The notes: a model not told the origin generated them from the letters alone. 52,608 nt of DNA from Candidatus Woesearchaeota archaeon (GCA_019323655.1 JAHWGX010000072.1:1-52608); one strand, 5' to 3'. Counted from the stretch's first letter, positions 8,724-18,126 are shown. Numbers and translations are program-made.

Positions 8724-9572
8724 ATGCTCCTTAATTCATACGCAAAAGTAAACTTTTACCTAAAAATTGGAAAAAAGCTGAAAAATAATTACCACAAAAT
8801 ACAGTCGTTAATGCAGATGGTTGAGCTGCATGACAGAATTTCTTTTGAAAAGCTTGATGAGAGTAGGATAATAATAGAAAGCACCAATAAAGATCTGGAA
8901 AGCAGAAGCAATCTTGCCTATAAAGCTGCCCTGCTCCTAAAACAAAAGTTTAAAGTTAAGGAAGGGGTAAAAATAAATATTGAAAAGAATATTCCCCTGG
9001 CATCTGGATTGGGAGGGGGAAGCTCAAACGCAGCAAATACTTTAATTGCACTAAACAAGCTGTGGAAGCTCGATATCCCGCAAAATAAATTAATCAGTTT
9101 AGGCTCTGAAATTGGCTCTGATGTCCCTTTTTTTGTTGTAGGAAAAAGTGCATTTGTTGAAAGTATTGGAGAGAAAATAAAACCCCTAAGAAAATCCCCT
9201 TCTTTTAATATTGTCCTTGTAAACCCGGGAATTAAAGTTTCAACAGCATGGGCTTATAAAGAATTTGACAAGAATAAAAGCAGATTAAAGCCAAAGGCAA
9301 GCATAAAAGAGCTGATTAAGGCAATAGCCAAAAAAGACATGAAAAAAATAGCAGAAAACATGCATAATGACCTTGACCAGGTAACAGAAAAAAAGTTCAG
9401 GATTATAAAGGAAATAAAATCAAAGTTAAAAAAATTTTATGCCCTGAATTCCATGGTATCCGGCTCAGGCCCGACTGTTTTGGGCTTGTTTGAGAGCATA
9501 TACACTGCAAGGGAAGCATACTTCAAGCTCAGAGATTTATACCCGTTTGTTTATCTGACAAAGAGTTTTTAA
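8724..9572 (+). CDS. ispE: 4-diphosphocytidyl-2-C-methyl-D-erythritol kinase
   Basis: 282 aa. N-terminus NSYAKVNFYLKIG; GHMP kinase motif PLASGLGGGSSNAA; C-terminal SGSGPT. Confidence 0.85.
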   Translation: MLLNSYAKVNFYLKIGKKLKNNYHKIQSLMQMVELHDRISFEKLDESRIIIESTNKDLESRSNLAYKAALLLKQKFKVKEGVKINIEKNIPLASGLGGGSSNAANTLIALNKLWKLDIPQNKLISLGSEIGSDVPFFVVGKSAFVESIGEKIKPLRKSPSFNIVLVNPGIKVSTAWAYKEFDKNKSRLKPKASIKELIKAIAKKDMKKIAENMHNDLDQVTEKKFRIIKEIKSKLKKFYALNSMVSGSGPTVLGLFESIYTAREAYFKLRDLYPFVYLTKSF

Positions 9573-9576
9573 AAAA

Positions 9577-10347
9577 TTAAAATCCAGTAATGCTATACCC
9601 TGCATCGACATAAATCACCTGCCCTGTTATGTTCTTTGACATGTCAGAGCACAAAAACAGCGCCATATTGGCAACATCATCTGCTGTTATGTTTCTTTTC
9701 AACGGGTTTTTTTCCCTTGCATGCTCAAGCATCTTGTCAAAATCGCTGATTCCGGAAGCCGCCAAAGTTTTTATAGGCCCTGCTGAAATTGCATTTACCC
9801 TTATTCCCTTTTCTCCAAAGTCGCTTGCAAGGTACCTTACGCATGCTTCCAGAGCAGCTTTGCACACTCCCATCACATTGTAATTCGGAATAACTTTTTC
9901 AGAGCCGTAATATGTCATTGTTATTATGCTCCCATCTTCATTCATTATCGGAGCAGCCCTTCTTGAAAGCTCTGCCAGTGAAAAAGAGCTTACTTCCTGG
10001 GCAACCTGATAGCCTCTCCTTGTAACCTCATAAAATTTGCCCTGCAAGTGCTCTTTCTTCGCAAAAGCAATGCTGTGTATTAGGAAATCAACCTTGCCAA
10101 ATTCCTTTTCTACTTTGTTAAAAAACTCTGTAAGCAGCACATCATCAACAACATCGCATTTCTCTGCAAGCGGGTTTTCAAGCATGCCAAGCAATGGCTT
10201 TACAAGCTGCTCTACCCTCTCCTGATAGCCCAAAGCAATCCTTACTCCATTGTCATTTAACTTTTTTGCAATGTGCCATGCTATGCTCTGGTCATTTGCC
10301 ACTCCAAAAACAATTGCCTTTTTGCCCTCCAAATTGAAATTTCCCAT
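9577..10347 (-). CDS. fabI: Enoyl-[acyl-carrier-protein] reductase (FabI-type SDR)
   Basis: Start set at the internal ATG (MGNFNLEGKKAIVFGVAND...), which is preceded by a GGGGGGCAGG SD-like run. FabI blocks present: HSIAFA, Y..MG..KAALE, INAISAGPIKTLAASGI. Confidence 0.8.
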   Translation of the reverse strand: MGNFNLEGKKAIVFGVANDQSIAWHIAKKLNDNGVRIALGYQERVEQLVKPLLGMLENPLAEKCDVVDDVLLTEFFNKVEKEFGKVDFLIHSIAFAKKEHLQGKFYEVTRRGYQVAQEVSSFSLAELSRRAAPIMNEDGSIITMTYYGSEKVIPNYNVMGVCKAALEACVRYLASDFGEKGIRVNAISAGPIKTLAASGISDFDKMLEHAREKNPLKRNITADDVANMALFLCSDMSKNITGQVIYVDAGYSITGF

Positions 10348-10509
10348 TTTCCTGCCCCCCTTAAAATTATTGGCTATCGATTTAATGAATATCCTTAAGG
10401 GATACATCATTGTATATACTCTGAACTTTAAAGGAATTTTTTTATTTTCCCCCATAACCCAGTGGATACAAAGAGCATATATAAAGATTTTGAAAATGCT
10501 TAAAATAAA

Positions 10510-10932
10510 TTAGCCTAGGTGGTGCTTTATTAGTTTTTCGTGCTCAGACAAGCCAAGAATTCCGCCAATTATTCCGAGAACAGGCCCGATTAGGAGCCCT
10601 GCAGCCAAATTTAGCCCGACTATGCTGCTGCAAAGCAGCATTACGCTTCCTCCAAAACAGTGATGCTCTTTTCTCAGGAAGTACACACTCAAAAGCATTA
10701 GCATACTGGCACAAAACTGGATAAATATGGCTGCTCCGAAAAATGAAATGTTCCAAAGTATGTTTGCAGAATTAAGCAACCCCCACAGAAGGAACAGGGA
10801 AACTGCAAAAGTTATAGCCCCTCCCCACAGGCCGTAAAGATACGCAGGCCTTGTAATTTCTATTATTTGCTTATGGGATATAATTGGTTTTGCCGCTTTT
10901 CCTTTCTTCAAATTTTTCACCACTTTTTTCAC
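10510..10932 (-). CDS. Small integral membrane protein, unknown function
   Basis: 140 aa. Basic N-terminus followed by about 4 hydrophobic helices. No recognisable motif. Confidence 0.4.
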   Translation of the reverse strand: MKKVVKNLKKGKAAKPIISHKQIIEITRPAYLYGLWGGAITFAVSLFLLWGLLNSANILWNISFFGAAIFIQFCASMLMLLSVYFLRKEHHCFGGSVMLLCSSIVGLNLAAGLLIGPVLGIIGGILGLSEHEKLIKHHLG

Positions 10933-11054
10933 CTTACATTTTAATTATAAAGGGGCTATTTAAACTTTTTTGTTTTAATCCGCAAAAAACAAGCTGACCA
11001 AACCAAAAAGCAAATTTTAAATACCAGCCCGATTTCCATAATTTTTGACTTAAA

Positions 11055-11336
11055 ATGGGGGATAGGCTGATAGAGTTCTACGGAACAGAATGCGTGCATT
11101 GCAAGGAGTTGGATCCTATAATTGAAGGAGTGGAAAAAGAAGTCGGGGTAAAAATTACGAGGCTTGAGGTATGGCACAACAGCGAGAACGCAAAATTGCT
11201 GAAGGAATATGACAAAGATAACAATGGAAATGAATGGTGCGGGGGAATCCCTTTTTTTTATAACGAGAAAACAGGAAAAAAGCTTTGCGGCAATGCAAAA
11301 TACGAGAAGCTGAAGGCATGGGCCGAAGGCAAGTGA
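11055..11336 (+). CDS. Thioredoxin-fold (glutaredoxin-like) protein
   Basis: 93 aa. CxxC active site in FYGTECVHCKELDP, followed by GIPFF (cis-Pro region). Confidence 0.6.
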   Translation: MGDRLIEFYGTECVHCKELDPIIEGVEKEVGVKITRLEVWHNSENAKLLKEYDKDNNGNEWCGGIPFFYNEKTGKKLCGNAKYEKLKAWAEGK

Positions 11337-11392
11337 TTCGGAAAAATTTATAAACATTCCAAAAATAAAACCAGATCATATCAGGGGGATTC

Positions 11393-12451
11393 ATGGCAAA
11401 AAGAATATTGCATAGCTTTAATGTAGAATATCTGCAGGTTATGGACGAGGACGGCAAGGTTGACAAGGAACTTATGCCTAAGCTAAGCAGCAAGCAGATA
11501 AAAGAGATTTACGAGCTGATGGTTCTTGTAAGGGCTTTTGATGACAAGGCTTTCTCATTGCAAAGGCAGGGCAGGATAGGGACATTTCTGCAGGTTAAGG
11601 GCCAGGAAGCTTCGCAGGTCGGCTCTGCATATGCCCTGGGAGAAAAAGACTGGCTTTTCCCGATGTACAGGAGCAGCGGAGCTTTAATAACAAGAAAACA
11701 GCCCATGAGGATGATTCTGCAGTACTACGGCGGTGATGAAAGAGGCCTTAAAGCCCCTGAAAAGCTGAATAATTTTCCAATAACAATTTGTGTCGGAACG
11801 CAGATACCCCTTGCGACAGGGTGCGCATGGGCATCCAGGCTGAAAAAAGAAAAATCTGTTTCTCTTGTTTATTTTGGCGACGGAGCCTCATCAAAAGGGG
11901 ATTTTCACGAAGGGCTGAACTTTGCTGGAGTTTTTAAGATTCCATGCATCTATGTCTGCGAAAATAACCAGTATGCAATCTCAGTGCCAAGAGCAGGACA
12001 GACTGCAGCAGAAACAATTGCGCAGAAGGCAATCGCTTACGGCATAAGCGGCATACAGGTTGACGGGAATGATGTTTTTGCTGTCTACAAGGCGGCAAAA
12101 GGCGCTGTTGACAATGCAAGAGCAGGAAAAGGGTCAGCTTTAATAGAGTCTTTTACTTACAGGATGGCAGACCATTCCACTTCAGATGATGCAAAAAGAT
12201 ACAGGCCGGAAGAGGAAGCTAAGTCATGGATCAAAAAAGACCCCATAGCGCGCCTTGAGAAATATATGAAAGCTGAAAAATTGCTTGATGACAATTATAA
12301 GAAGCAGGTTTTTGAAAAAGCAAAGCAGATGGTTGAGAATGAAGTCGAGGCTTATGAAAAAACAGAGCCTCAGGATCCGGAAGATATTTTCAGGTACACG
12401 TTTGCAAAAATGACTCCTGAGCTTGAGGAGCAGTCCAGGGAAATAGAATGA
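11393..12451 (+). CDS. 2-oxoacid (pyruvate/acetoin/branched-chain) dehydrogenase E1 alpha subunit
   Basis: 352 aa. TPP-binding YFGDGASSKGDFHEGLNFA..., NNQYAIS, YRMADHSTSDD. Confidence 0.85.
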   Translation: MAKRILHSFNVEYLQVMDEDGKVDKELMPKLSSKQIKEIYELMVLVRAFDDKAFSLQRQGRIGTFLQVKGQEASQVGSAYALGEKDWLFPMYRSSGALITRKQPMRMILQYYGGDERGLKAPEKLNNFPITICVGTQIPLATGCAWASRLKKEKSVSLVYFGDGASSKGDFHEGLNFAGVFKIPCIYVCENNQYAISVPRAGQTAAETIAQKAIAYGISGIQVDGNDVFAVYKAAKGAVDNARAGKGSALIESFTYRMADHSTSDDAKRYRPEEEAKSWIKKDPIARLEKYMKAEKLLDDNYKKQVFEKAKQMVENEVEAYEKTEPQDPEDIFRYTFAKMTPELEEQSREIE

Positions 12452-13416
12452 CAAAGATGAATGTTGTGGAGGCTGTTAATTCAGCATTAAGGAATGAGCT
12501 CAGAAGAGATAAAAGAGTGATCTTGTTAGGGGAGGATGTTGGAAAAAACGGTGGTGTTTTCAGGTGCACAGACGGGCTGCAAAAGGAATTCGGCCCTGAG
12601 CGTGTAATTGATACGCCTCTGGCAGAGCTTGGGATTATAGGAACATCAATTGGATTAGCTGTTAATGGCATGCTTCCGGTAGCAGAAATACAGTTCTCAG
12701 GATTTATGTACGGCCCTTTTGACCAGATTTTCAGCCATGCAGCAAGGATAAGAATGAGAAGCAGAGGCAGGTTTTCTGTTCCGTTGGTCATAAGGACGCC
12801 TTGCGGCGGAGGAATAAAGGCCTTGGAATTGCATTGTGAATCAGGAGAATCAATATTCGCACACTCTACAGGCTTAAAGGTTGTTTTTCCTTCAGGGCCT
12901 TACAAGACAAAAGGGCTGCTTATTTCCGCAATAAGAGACCCTGATCCTATTATTTTTATGGAGCCGATGAGAGTCTACAGGGCAATAAAGGAAGAAGTTC
13001 CGGACGAGGCATATGCTTTGCCTTTGGGAAAGGCTTCCATCGAGCAGGAAGGCTCTGATTTGACAGTTATCTCTTATGGCTCTATGCTGAAGTATGTGAA
13101 AGAGGCTTTGGCAAAATCAAATTATTCAGCAGAAATTATTGACCTGCTTTCAATAGTTCCTATGGATACAGAAACCATAGTCAGATCTGTAAAAAAAACA
13201 GGAAGGTGCGTAATAGTCCATGAAGCTCCAAGAACTTGCGGGCTTGCTGCTGAGATAATCGCGAGAATAAATGAAAAATGCTTTTTTTGCTTGGAGGCGC
13301 CTGTTGAGCGCGTTACAGGCTTTGACATTGCGCTTCCTTTTGCAAAGCTTGAGAATTACCACATTCCAGATGAGAAGAGAATCCTGAAAGCAGTAAACAG
13401 GGTTATGAAGCAATAA
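12448..13416 (+). CDS. 2-oxoacid dehydrogenase E1 beta subunit
   Basis: 322 aa. LLGEDVGKNGGVFR, DTPLAE.GI.G, EIQFSGF. 4-nt overlap with E1 alpha. Confidence 0.85.
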   Translation: MTKMNVVEAVNSALRNELRRDKRVILLGEDVGKNGGVFRCTDGLQKEFGPERVIDTPLAELGIIGTSIGLAVNGMLPVAEIQFSGFMYGPFDQIFSHAARIRMRSRGRFSVPLVIRTPCGGGIKALELHCESGESIFAHSTGLKVVFPSGPYKTKGLLISAIRDPDPIIFMEPMRVYRAIKEEVPDEAYALPLGKASIEQEGSDLTVISYGSMLKYVKEALAKSNYSAEIIDLLSIVPMDTETIVRSVKKTGRCVIVHEAPRTCGLAAEIIARINEKCFFCLEAPVERVTGFDIALPFAKLENYHIPDEKRILKAVNRVMKQ

Positions 13417-13469
13417 GTTTAAAAGTTTGAAGAAATACTAATTTAATAATAAAAAAAGTCTTGATAAAA

Positions 13470-14639
13470 ATGGCATTTGAGTTTAAGTTTCCGGATGTTG
13501 GAGAGGGAGTTACTGAAGGCACAATTATAAAGTGGAAGGTCAAGGAAGGCGACAAAGTAGAGGCAGACCAGCCTCTTGCAGAAGTAGAAACAGACAAAGC
13601 TGTTGTGGAGCCGCCAAGCCCTAAAAAAGGGACTATATTAAAGCTTCCCCATAAGGAAGGGGAAACGATTAAAGTTGGAGAAGTTCTTGCTGTAATAGGA
13701 GAGAAAGGGGAAAAGGTTAAGGAAACGCCTTACACAGGCAGCGTAGTCGGTTTTCTTGAGGAAGCTCCTGAAGAGGAAAGGCCGTGCAAAAAAGTTCTTG
13801 CAGCTCCAGCTGTAAGAAATCTTGCAAAAGACCTCAAAGTTGACTTAACAAAAATAAGCGGGACAGGCCCTGAAGGGCGAATAACTGAATGCGATGTAAG
13901 GAAAGCCGGAACTGCAAGAGCCAAAGTAAGGAAAAAGTACGACTTTTATGGCTATATTGAACGGGTTCCATTAAAAGGAATAAGGAAGATTACTGCTGAC
14001 AAGATGAGGGAAGCTGTATCCAATGCAGCTTTGGTAACGCACCATGACCATGTTGATGTGACTGAGCTTTCTGCCGCTAGGGGAAGAGAAAAAGAAAAGG
14101 CGGCAAAGAAAGGGATACACTTGACATATTTGCCGTATATAGTAAAAGCTGCGATAGAGGCTTTGAAGAAGCATCCTTATGTCGCTTCCAGCGTGGAAGA
14201 TGATGAAGTGATAATAAAAAAATACTATAACCTTGGAGTTGCAATTGATACTCAGGAAGGGTTAATGGTTCCAGTCATAAAAGGAGCTGACAAGAAAAGC
14301 CTTTATGATTTGGCAGCCGAAGTAAATAATTTTGTGGAAAAGGCAAAAACAAGAAAAATTGACTTGATGGACCTGAAAGGCGGAGTTTTCACAATAACCA
14401 ATATAGGAGTGATAGGAAGCACTTACTTTACCCCTATTGTAAATTATCCGGAAACATGCATCTTAGGCACTGGAAGGATTGAGGAAAGAGCAACTGTAAT
14501 TAACGGCAAGATTGAAATAAGAAAAATAATGCCGATTTCCTTTACCTATGACCATCGTGTTCTTGACGGAGCAGAAGCGGCAAGGTTCATGAACGACCTA
14601 AGGGATTTGCTGGAGAAGCCTGGTTCTTTGTCGGGTTAA
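13470..14639 (+). CDS. Dihydrolipoamide acyltransferase (E2)
   Basis: Lipoyl domain (AEVETDKAVVE), subunit-binding domain (AAPAVRNLAKDLKVDL...GTGPEGRI) and catalytic DHRVLDGA. ATG at 13470 preferred over the upstream TTG. Confidence 0.85.
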   Translation: MAFEFKFPDVGEGVTEGTIIKWKVKEGDKVEADQPLAEVETDKAVVEPPSPKKGTILKLPHKEGETIKVGEVLAVIGEKGEKVKETPYTGSVVGFLEEAPEEERPCKKVLAAPAVRNLAKDLKVDLTKISGTGPEGRITECDVRKAGTARAKVRKKYDFYGYIERVPLKGIRKITADKMREAVSNAALVTHHDHVDVTELSAARGREKEKAAKKGIHLTYLPYIVKAAIEALKKHPYVASSVEDDEVIIKKYYNLGVAIDTQEGLMVPVIKGADKKSLYDLAAEVNNFVEKAKTRKIDLMDLKGGVFTITNIGVIGSTYFTPIVNYPETCILGTGRIEERATVINGKIEIRKIMPISFTYDHRVLDGAEAARFMNDLRDLLEKPGSLSG

Positions 14640-14647
14640 GAAAAATT

Positions 14648-16246
14648 TTATGTGGTAAACAACCTGTAGATTCTTGTTATCTTGTTAGGAAGCTTTGCCA
14701 CATCATCTATTACGACCCATCTGCTGTTTGCATACATTCTCGGCAAATAACCAGCTACTTCTTTGTCTACAGTAATGCAAAAAGACTTTATACCGTATCC
14801 TCGGGATTCTCTTAATGCCATTCGCGCGTCTTCAATAGCATAATCGCCATGGTAACCAGTGTCTTGCGGCTTACCATCGCTCAGTAAAATAATCAGTTTT
14901 GTCTTTTCTTCTCTTGTTCTTAATTTCATTGCAGTGTGCCTAATTGCAGGAGCAATTCTCGTGGCTTGCTTGCTTTCCATTGCTGAGATTTTACTTTGCG
15001 TTTTTTGGCCATACGGTTCCTCGAAATCCTTAATATTATAGAACATCACATTTTCCCTTCCAAACCCTGAGAAAGCGTAAATGGCAAATGCGTCTCCTAA
15101 TTCCTGCAATGCCTCTGACATAATAATCAACGCCTCTTTTTCACAGGCTATTGTTGTTCCCCCTGTGCTCGCACTCACATCAACAAGAAATGCTACTGCT
15201 ATGTCCCTTGACTTTCTTTCAATCCGTATATAGTTTCTTTCTGACGGACAAAGTTTAAGTCTTTTATCAATAAAATACTGTACTGCGGCATCTAGGTCAA
15301 TATCATTTCCGTCAAACTGCCCCCTTAATTTTACTGGGCCTTCTGGTCTGAGCATCTGAAACTCCCTTCTGATGGTCTTGATTAACCCTTTATGCCTCCG
15401 AGTTGTTTCGAGATAGAATTGATTTGAACCTCCCTCTAAATTTTGTTCTCTAACCTTTACCCAATTTGGCCTGTAATCTAGAATGTCATTTCCCCATTCA
15501 GGATATAAATGAGCACCTGGTTCTTTTTCAAGTGTACCTTCAGCCGTAATAACTGTTCCAAGGTCTCTTAGGTAAAACCCAACTTTATTTGGCTCAAGAG
15601 CATCAACTTGCGACTCAACATCTTTGGGTGTGATGCCTTTTTTGAACAATGTCAGTAAAAGTTTTTTTATGGAATCTTCTGAAGCATACTGCTCTAAAGG
15701 TTCCTGCGGCTTTTGCTCCATTCCCCCCCTAATTCCTTGCTCAATTTTCTCAGTAATTTTTTTTGCTGTCCTTCCGAAATTCCCTATAGTTTCGTTAACT
15801 TTAGCTTGATCCAAAGGCTGTGAAAAAGGATGTATTTGCTTATATTCTCCTTTAAAATTGGAGTCTATCAAGAAGTATATTTCAGCAGCAACCCTTGCAG
15901 TTCCATGCACATCTGTGTCAGAAGAAGCTAATTTTTGGCTTAGCGACAAAGCTTGGTTAACTGCTCTTTCTATATATTCTGGAATTCTTTCTTTTGTTTT
16001 TCCTGAACATAACACCTGTGCTATAATCTCAACTGCTTTTTGCTTATCATCGACCAATTCTTCAAGAGAAGGCCTTTTATCTATCATATGAGTATTAATT
16101 TCTTTTATTTGCTCACTAAGGGCAGGATATTCTGATTGCAACCTTGAGTTTACTCTGTAATCTTCAAGAATTGTCATGAGATCCTTAGCTAACGGGGGCT
16201 CAGGAAAGAGTTCATAAAACCGCTCTAAATCGCTTTTACTGCTCAT
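14648..16246 (-). CDS. NorD/CbbO-like von Willebrand factor A domain protein
   Basis: 532 aa. YPEWGNDILDYRPNWVKV block typical of NorD/CbbO. C-terminal VWA with MIDAS DVSASTGG ... LSDGKPQD. Confidence 0.75.
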   Translation of the reverse strand: MSSKSDLERFYELFPEPPLAKDLMTILEDYRVNSRLQSEYPALSEQIKEINTHMIDKRPSLEELVDDKQKAVEIIAQVLCSGKTKERIPEYIERAVNQALSLSQKLASSDTDVHGTARVAAEIYFLIDSNFKGEYKQIHPFSQPLDQAKVNETIGNFGRTAKKITEKIEQGIRGGMEQKPQEPLEQYASEDSIKKLLLTLFKKGITPKDVESQVDALEPNKVGFYLRDLGTVITAEGTLEKEPGAHLYPEWGNDILDYRPNWVKVREQNLEGGSNQFYLETTRRHKGLIKTIRREFQMLRPEGPVKLRGQFDGNDIDLDAAVQYFIDKRLKLCPSERNYIRIERKSRDIAVAFLVDVSASTGGTTIACEKEALIIMSEALQELGDAFAIYAFSGFGRENVMFYNIKDFEEPYGQKTQSKISAMESKQATRIAPAIRHTAMKLRTREEKTKLIILLSDGKPQDTGYHGDYAIEDARMALRESRGYGIKSFCITVDKEVAGYLPRMYANSRWVVIDDVAKLPNKITRIYRLFTT

Positions 16247-16522
16247 TTGAATTTCTATAAGCCTAAAGATTATTTATAAAGGATATCCTTGCACACAAAC
16301 TAACCTTAATGGTAAGAATGTAAATAGACCTGCTCTGGCAGAAGATAGTCTTTTACCAATAGAAACCCTGTCTTCCAAACTCTTTATGGTTAGTTCTTTC
16401 TCCATGAGAAGAGGGTAATTAGTTGTAATATAAAATTTCTTGCTCCCTCCTTGAATATTAGCATTAATAAGTAGTAACAAAATAGAAAGATTTATAAACC
16501 TTAATTACTTAATCTTGCGTAA

Positions 16523-17362
16523 ATGAAACCGCAAATAAATCTAGAAAAAGGAGTGCATATAGTAGATGAAGAAGGTTATATTGAGGGTAGTAGTAATAGC
16601 ATAGATTCCACTACATATGATCTTGTTAATCGGATACTTGGGACGGATAGTAGTGCAATTATATACGACCAAGATGCTAATAGGGGAGAATACATGGCCT
16701 ACTTTGCAGTTAGGCTTAGATGTGCAGAAAAGCCAAATGGAAGGGCAAGTGATAGGGTAGGGATACTCATCACACCAAAAACTTATTTGATAGGAGATTT
16801 AACCGAGGTAAAAAAGGAAATTGAAAAAAAAGTAAATGAGACGACATTTGGGCTATACAACTCTGAAGGAACTCCAGGAGGGTTTTACCCAAGCGCAAAT
16901 TCTTTATTCAGCTGGAAGTTTAAACTGGATGAACAAATTACAGAATATATTGTTTTAAAGAAAGGATCTGGAGTAAAACCCGTTAAATTTAGTCTTGAAG
17001 GACTATGTGCCTTACCTTTTTGGATGGAATCTAAAGAACCTCTTTCAGCTTATATTACAGACTCAATTCATGCACCATCTGGTTGGGATTTTGATCTCTT
17101 GCTTATAACAGATGTAATAAAAGCTCATGAAGATGCTAAGAAGCACCAAACTGGAGAAAAGGGAAGGTTGGACTACAATGAGTCGAGACTTGGAGATTTG
17201 GAAGCAGTATTCGCAGCAAAAGCAAGAAACAGAGAAGAAAGAAAGAAATTAAAGCGCGATAGAGAACTGGGTATAAGAAGTTTAAATAGCGCAACCACAA
17301 CAGTAAAAGAATACGAAGCACTAATAAAAACGCTTAAAAGCTTAGGAGTTTTAGAGGCATAG
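16523..17362 (+). CDS. Hypothetical protein (279 aa) with a basic coiled C-terminus
   Basis: Long ORF, TATA-like TTTATAAA at 16491-16498 about 29 nt upstream of the ATG. No motif I recognise. Confidence 0.5.
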   Translation: MKPQINLEKGVHIVDEEGYIEGSSNSIDSTTYDLVNRILGTDSSAIIYDQDANRGEYMAYFAVRLRCAEKPNGRASDRVGILITPKTYLIGDLTEVKKEIEKKVNETTFGLYNSEGTPGGFYPSANSLFSWKFKLDEQITEYIVLKKGSGVKPVKFSLEGLCALPFWMESKEPLSAYITDSIHAPSGWDFDLLLITDVIKAHEDAKKHQTGEKGRLDYNESRLGDLEAVFAAKARNREERKKLKRDRELGIRSLNSATTTVKEYEALIKTLKSLGVLEA

Positions 17363-17454
17363 ACCTTGTTTTATATTTCTTAATTTTATCGCTAATCGAG
17401 AGCATTCTAAAAACCCAAAAACAATTTAAACCTTAACATTTTATCATTGCTAAA

Positions 17455-18123
17455 ATGCCTTACAAATTTTCCCCATCCAGTTTAAGCTTGATTAAAGAAT
17501 GCCCCAGATGCTTCTGGCTCAGGTTCAATAAAGACATTAAAAGGCCGGAGGGTATTTTTCCTTCTTTGCCTAATGGCATGGACAATATCCTTAAAGCTCA
17601 TTTTGACAGCTTTATTGACAATGATTCTCTTCCTCCTGAACTAAGCAATATTAACGGAAATACAAAGCTGTTTGATAATGCTAAAAAATTAGAGGAATGG
17701 AGAAACAATAAAAAGGGGATAAGATGGGAAGATGAAAGTGGAAATATTTTCATGGGCGCTGTGGATAACCTGCTGAAAAAGGGAAACAAGCTTATTGTTC
17801 TTGACTACAAGACAAGGGGATATCCTCTTAAAGAGGATACTCCGGAGCACTACAAGGACCAGCTTGATATTTACAACCTTTTGTTAAGAAAAAACGGATT
17901 TGAGACAGAGGACTACTCTTACCTATTATTCTACCATCCTACAAGCGTAGATGAAAAAGGCAGCATAGTCTTCCACACCGATTTGATAAAAGTGGCTGTT
18001 TCAACAGAAAACGCTGAGAATATCTTTAAGAAAGCTCTGCAAATTCTAAAAGAAAAAATTCCAGAAGCACCTGAAAACTGCGGGTTTTGTAAGTGGGCTA
18101 AGGAGTGTAAAATAGAAAAATAA
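17455..18123 (+). CDS. Cas4-like PD-(D/E)XK nuclease with a 4-Cys cluster
   Basis: 222 aa. N-terminal Cys (CPRC) plus C-terminal CGFCKWAKEC (Cx2Cx5C). Nuclease motifs GAVD, VLDYK (DxK) and QLDIY (QxxxY). Confidence 0.75.
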   Translation: MPYKFSPSSLSLIKECPRCFWLRFNKDIKRPEGIFPSLPNGMDNILKAHFDSFIDNDSLPPELSNINGNTKLFDNAKKLEEWRNNKKGIRWEDESGNIFMGAVDNLLKKGNKLIVLDYKTRGYPLKEDTPEHYKDQLDIYNLLLRKNGFETEDYSYLLFYHPTSVDEKGSIVFHTDLIKVAVSTENAENIFKKALQILKEKIPEAPENCGFCKWAKECKIEK

Positions 18124-18126
18124 GTA

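Noticed and set aside
9577-10455. Long versions of the fabI (to 10455), pyrB (to 30475) and wHTH copy 2 (from 26674) ORFs
   Set aside because: The N-terminal extensions have no homology to the families. Internal ATGs give canonical N-termini and have an SD-like run (fabI) or the conserved promoter (wHTH) correctly placed.
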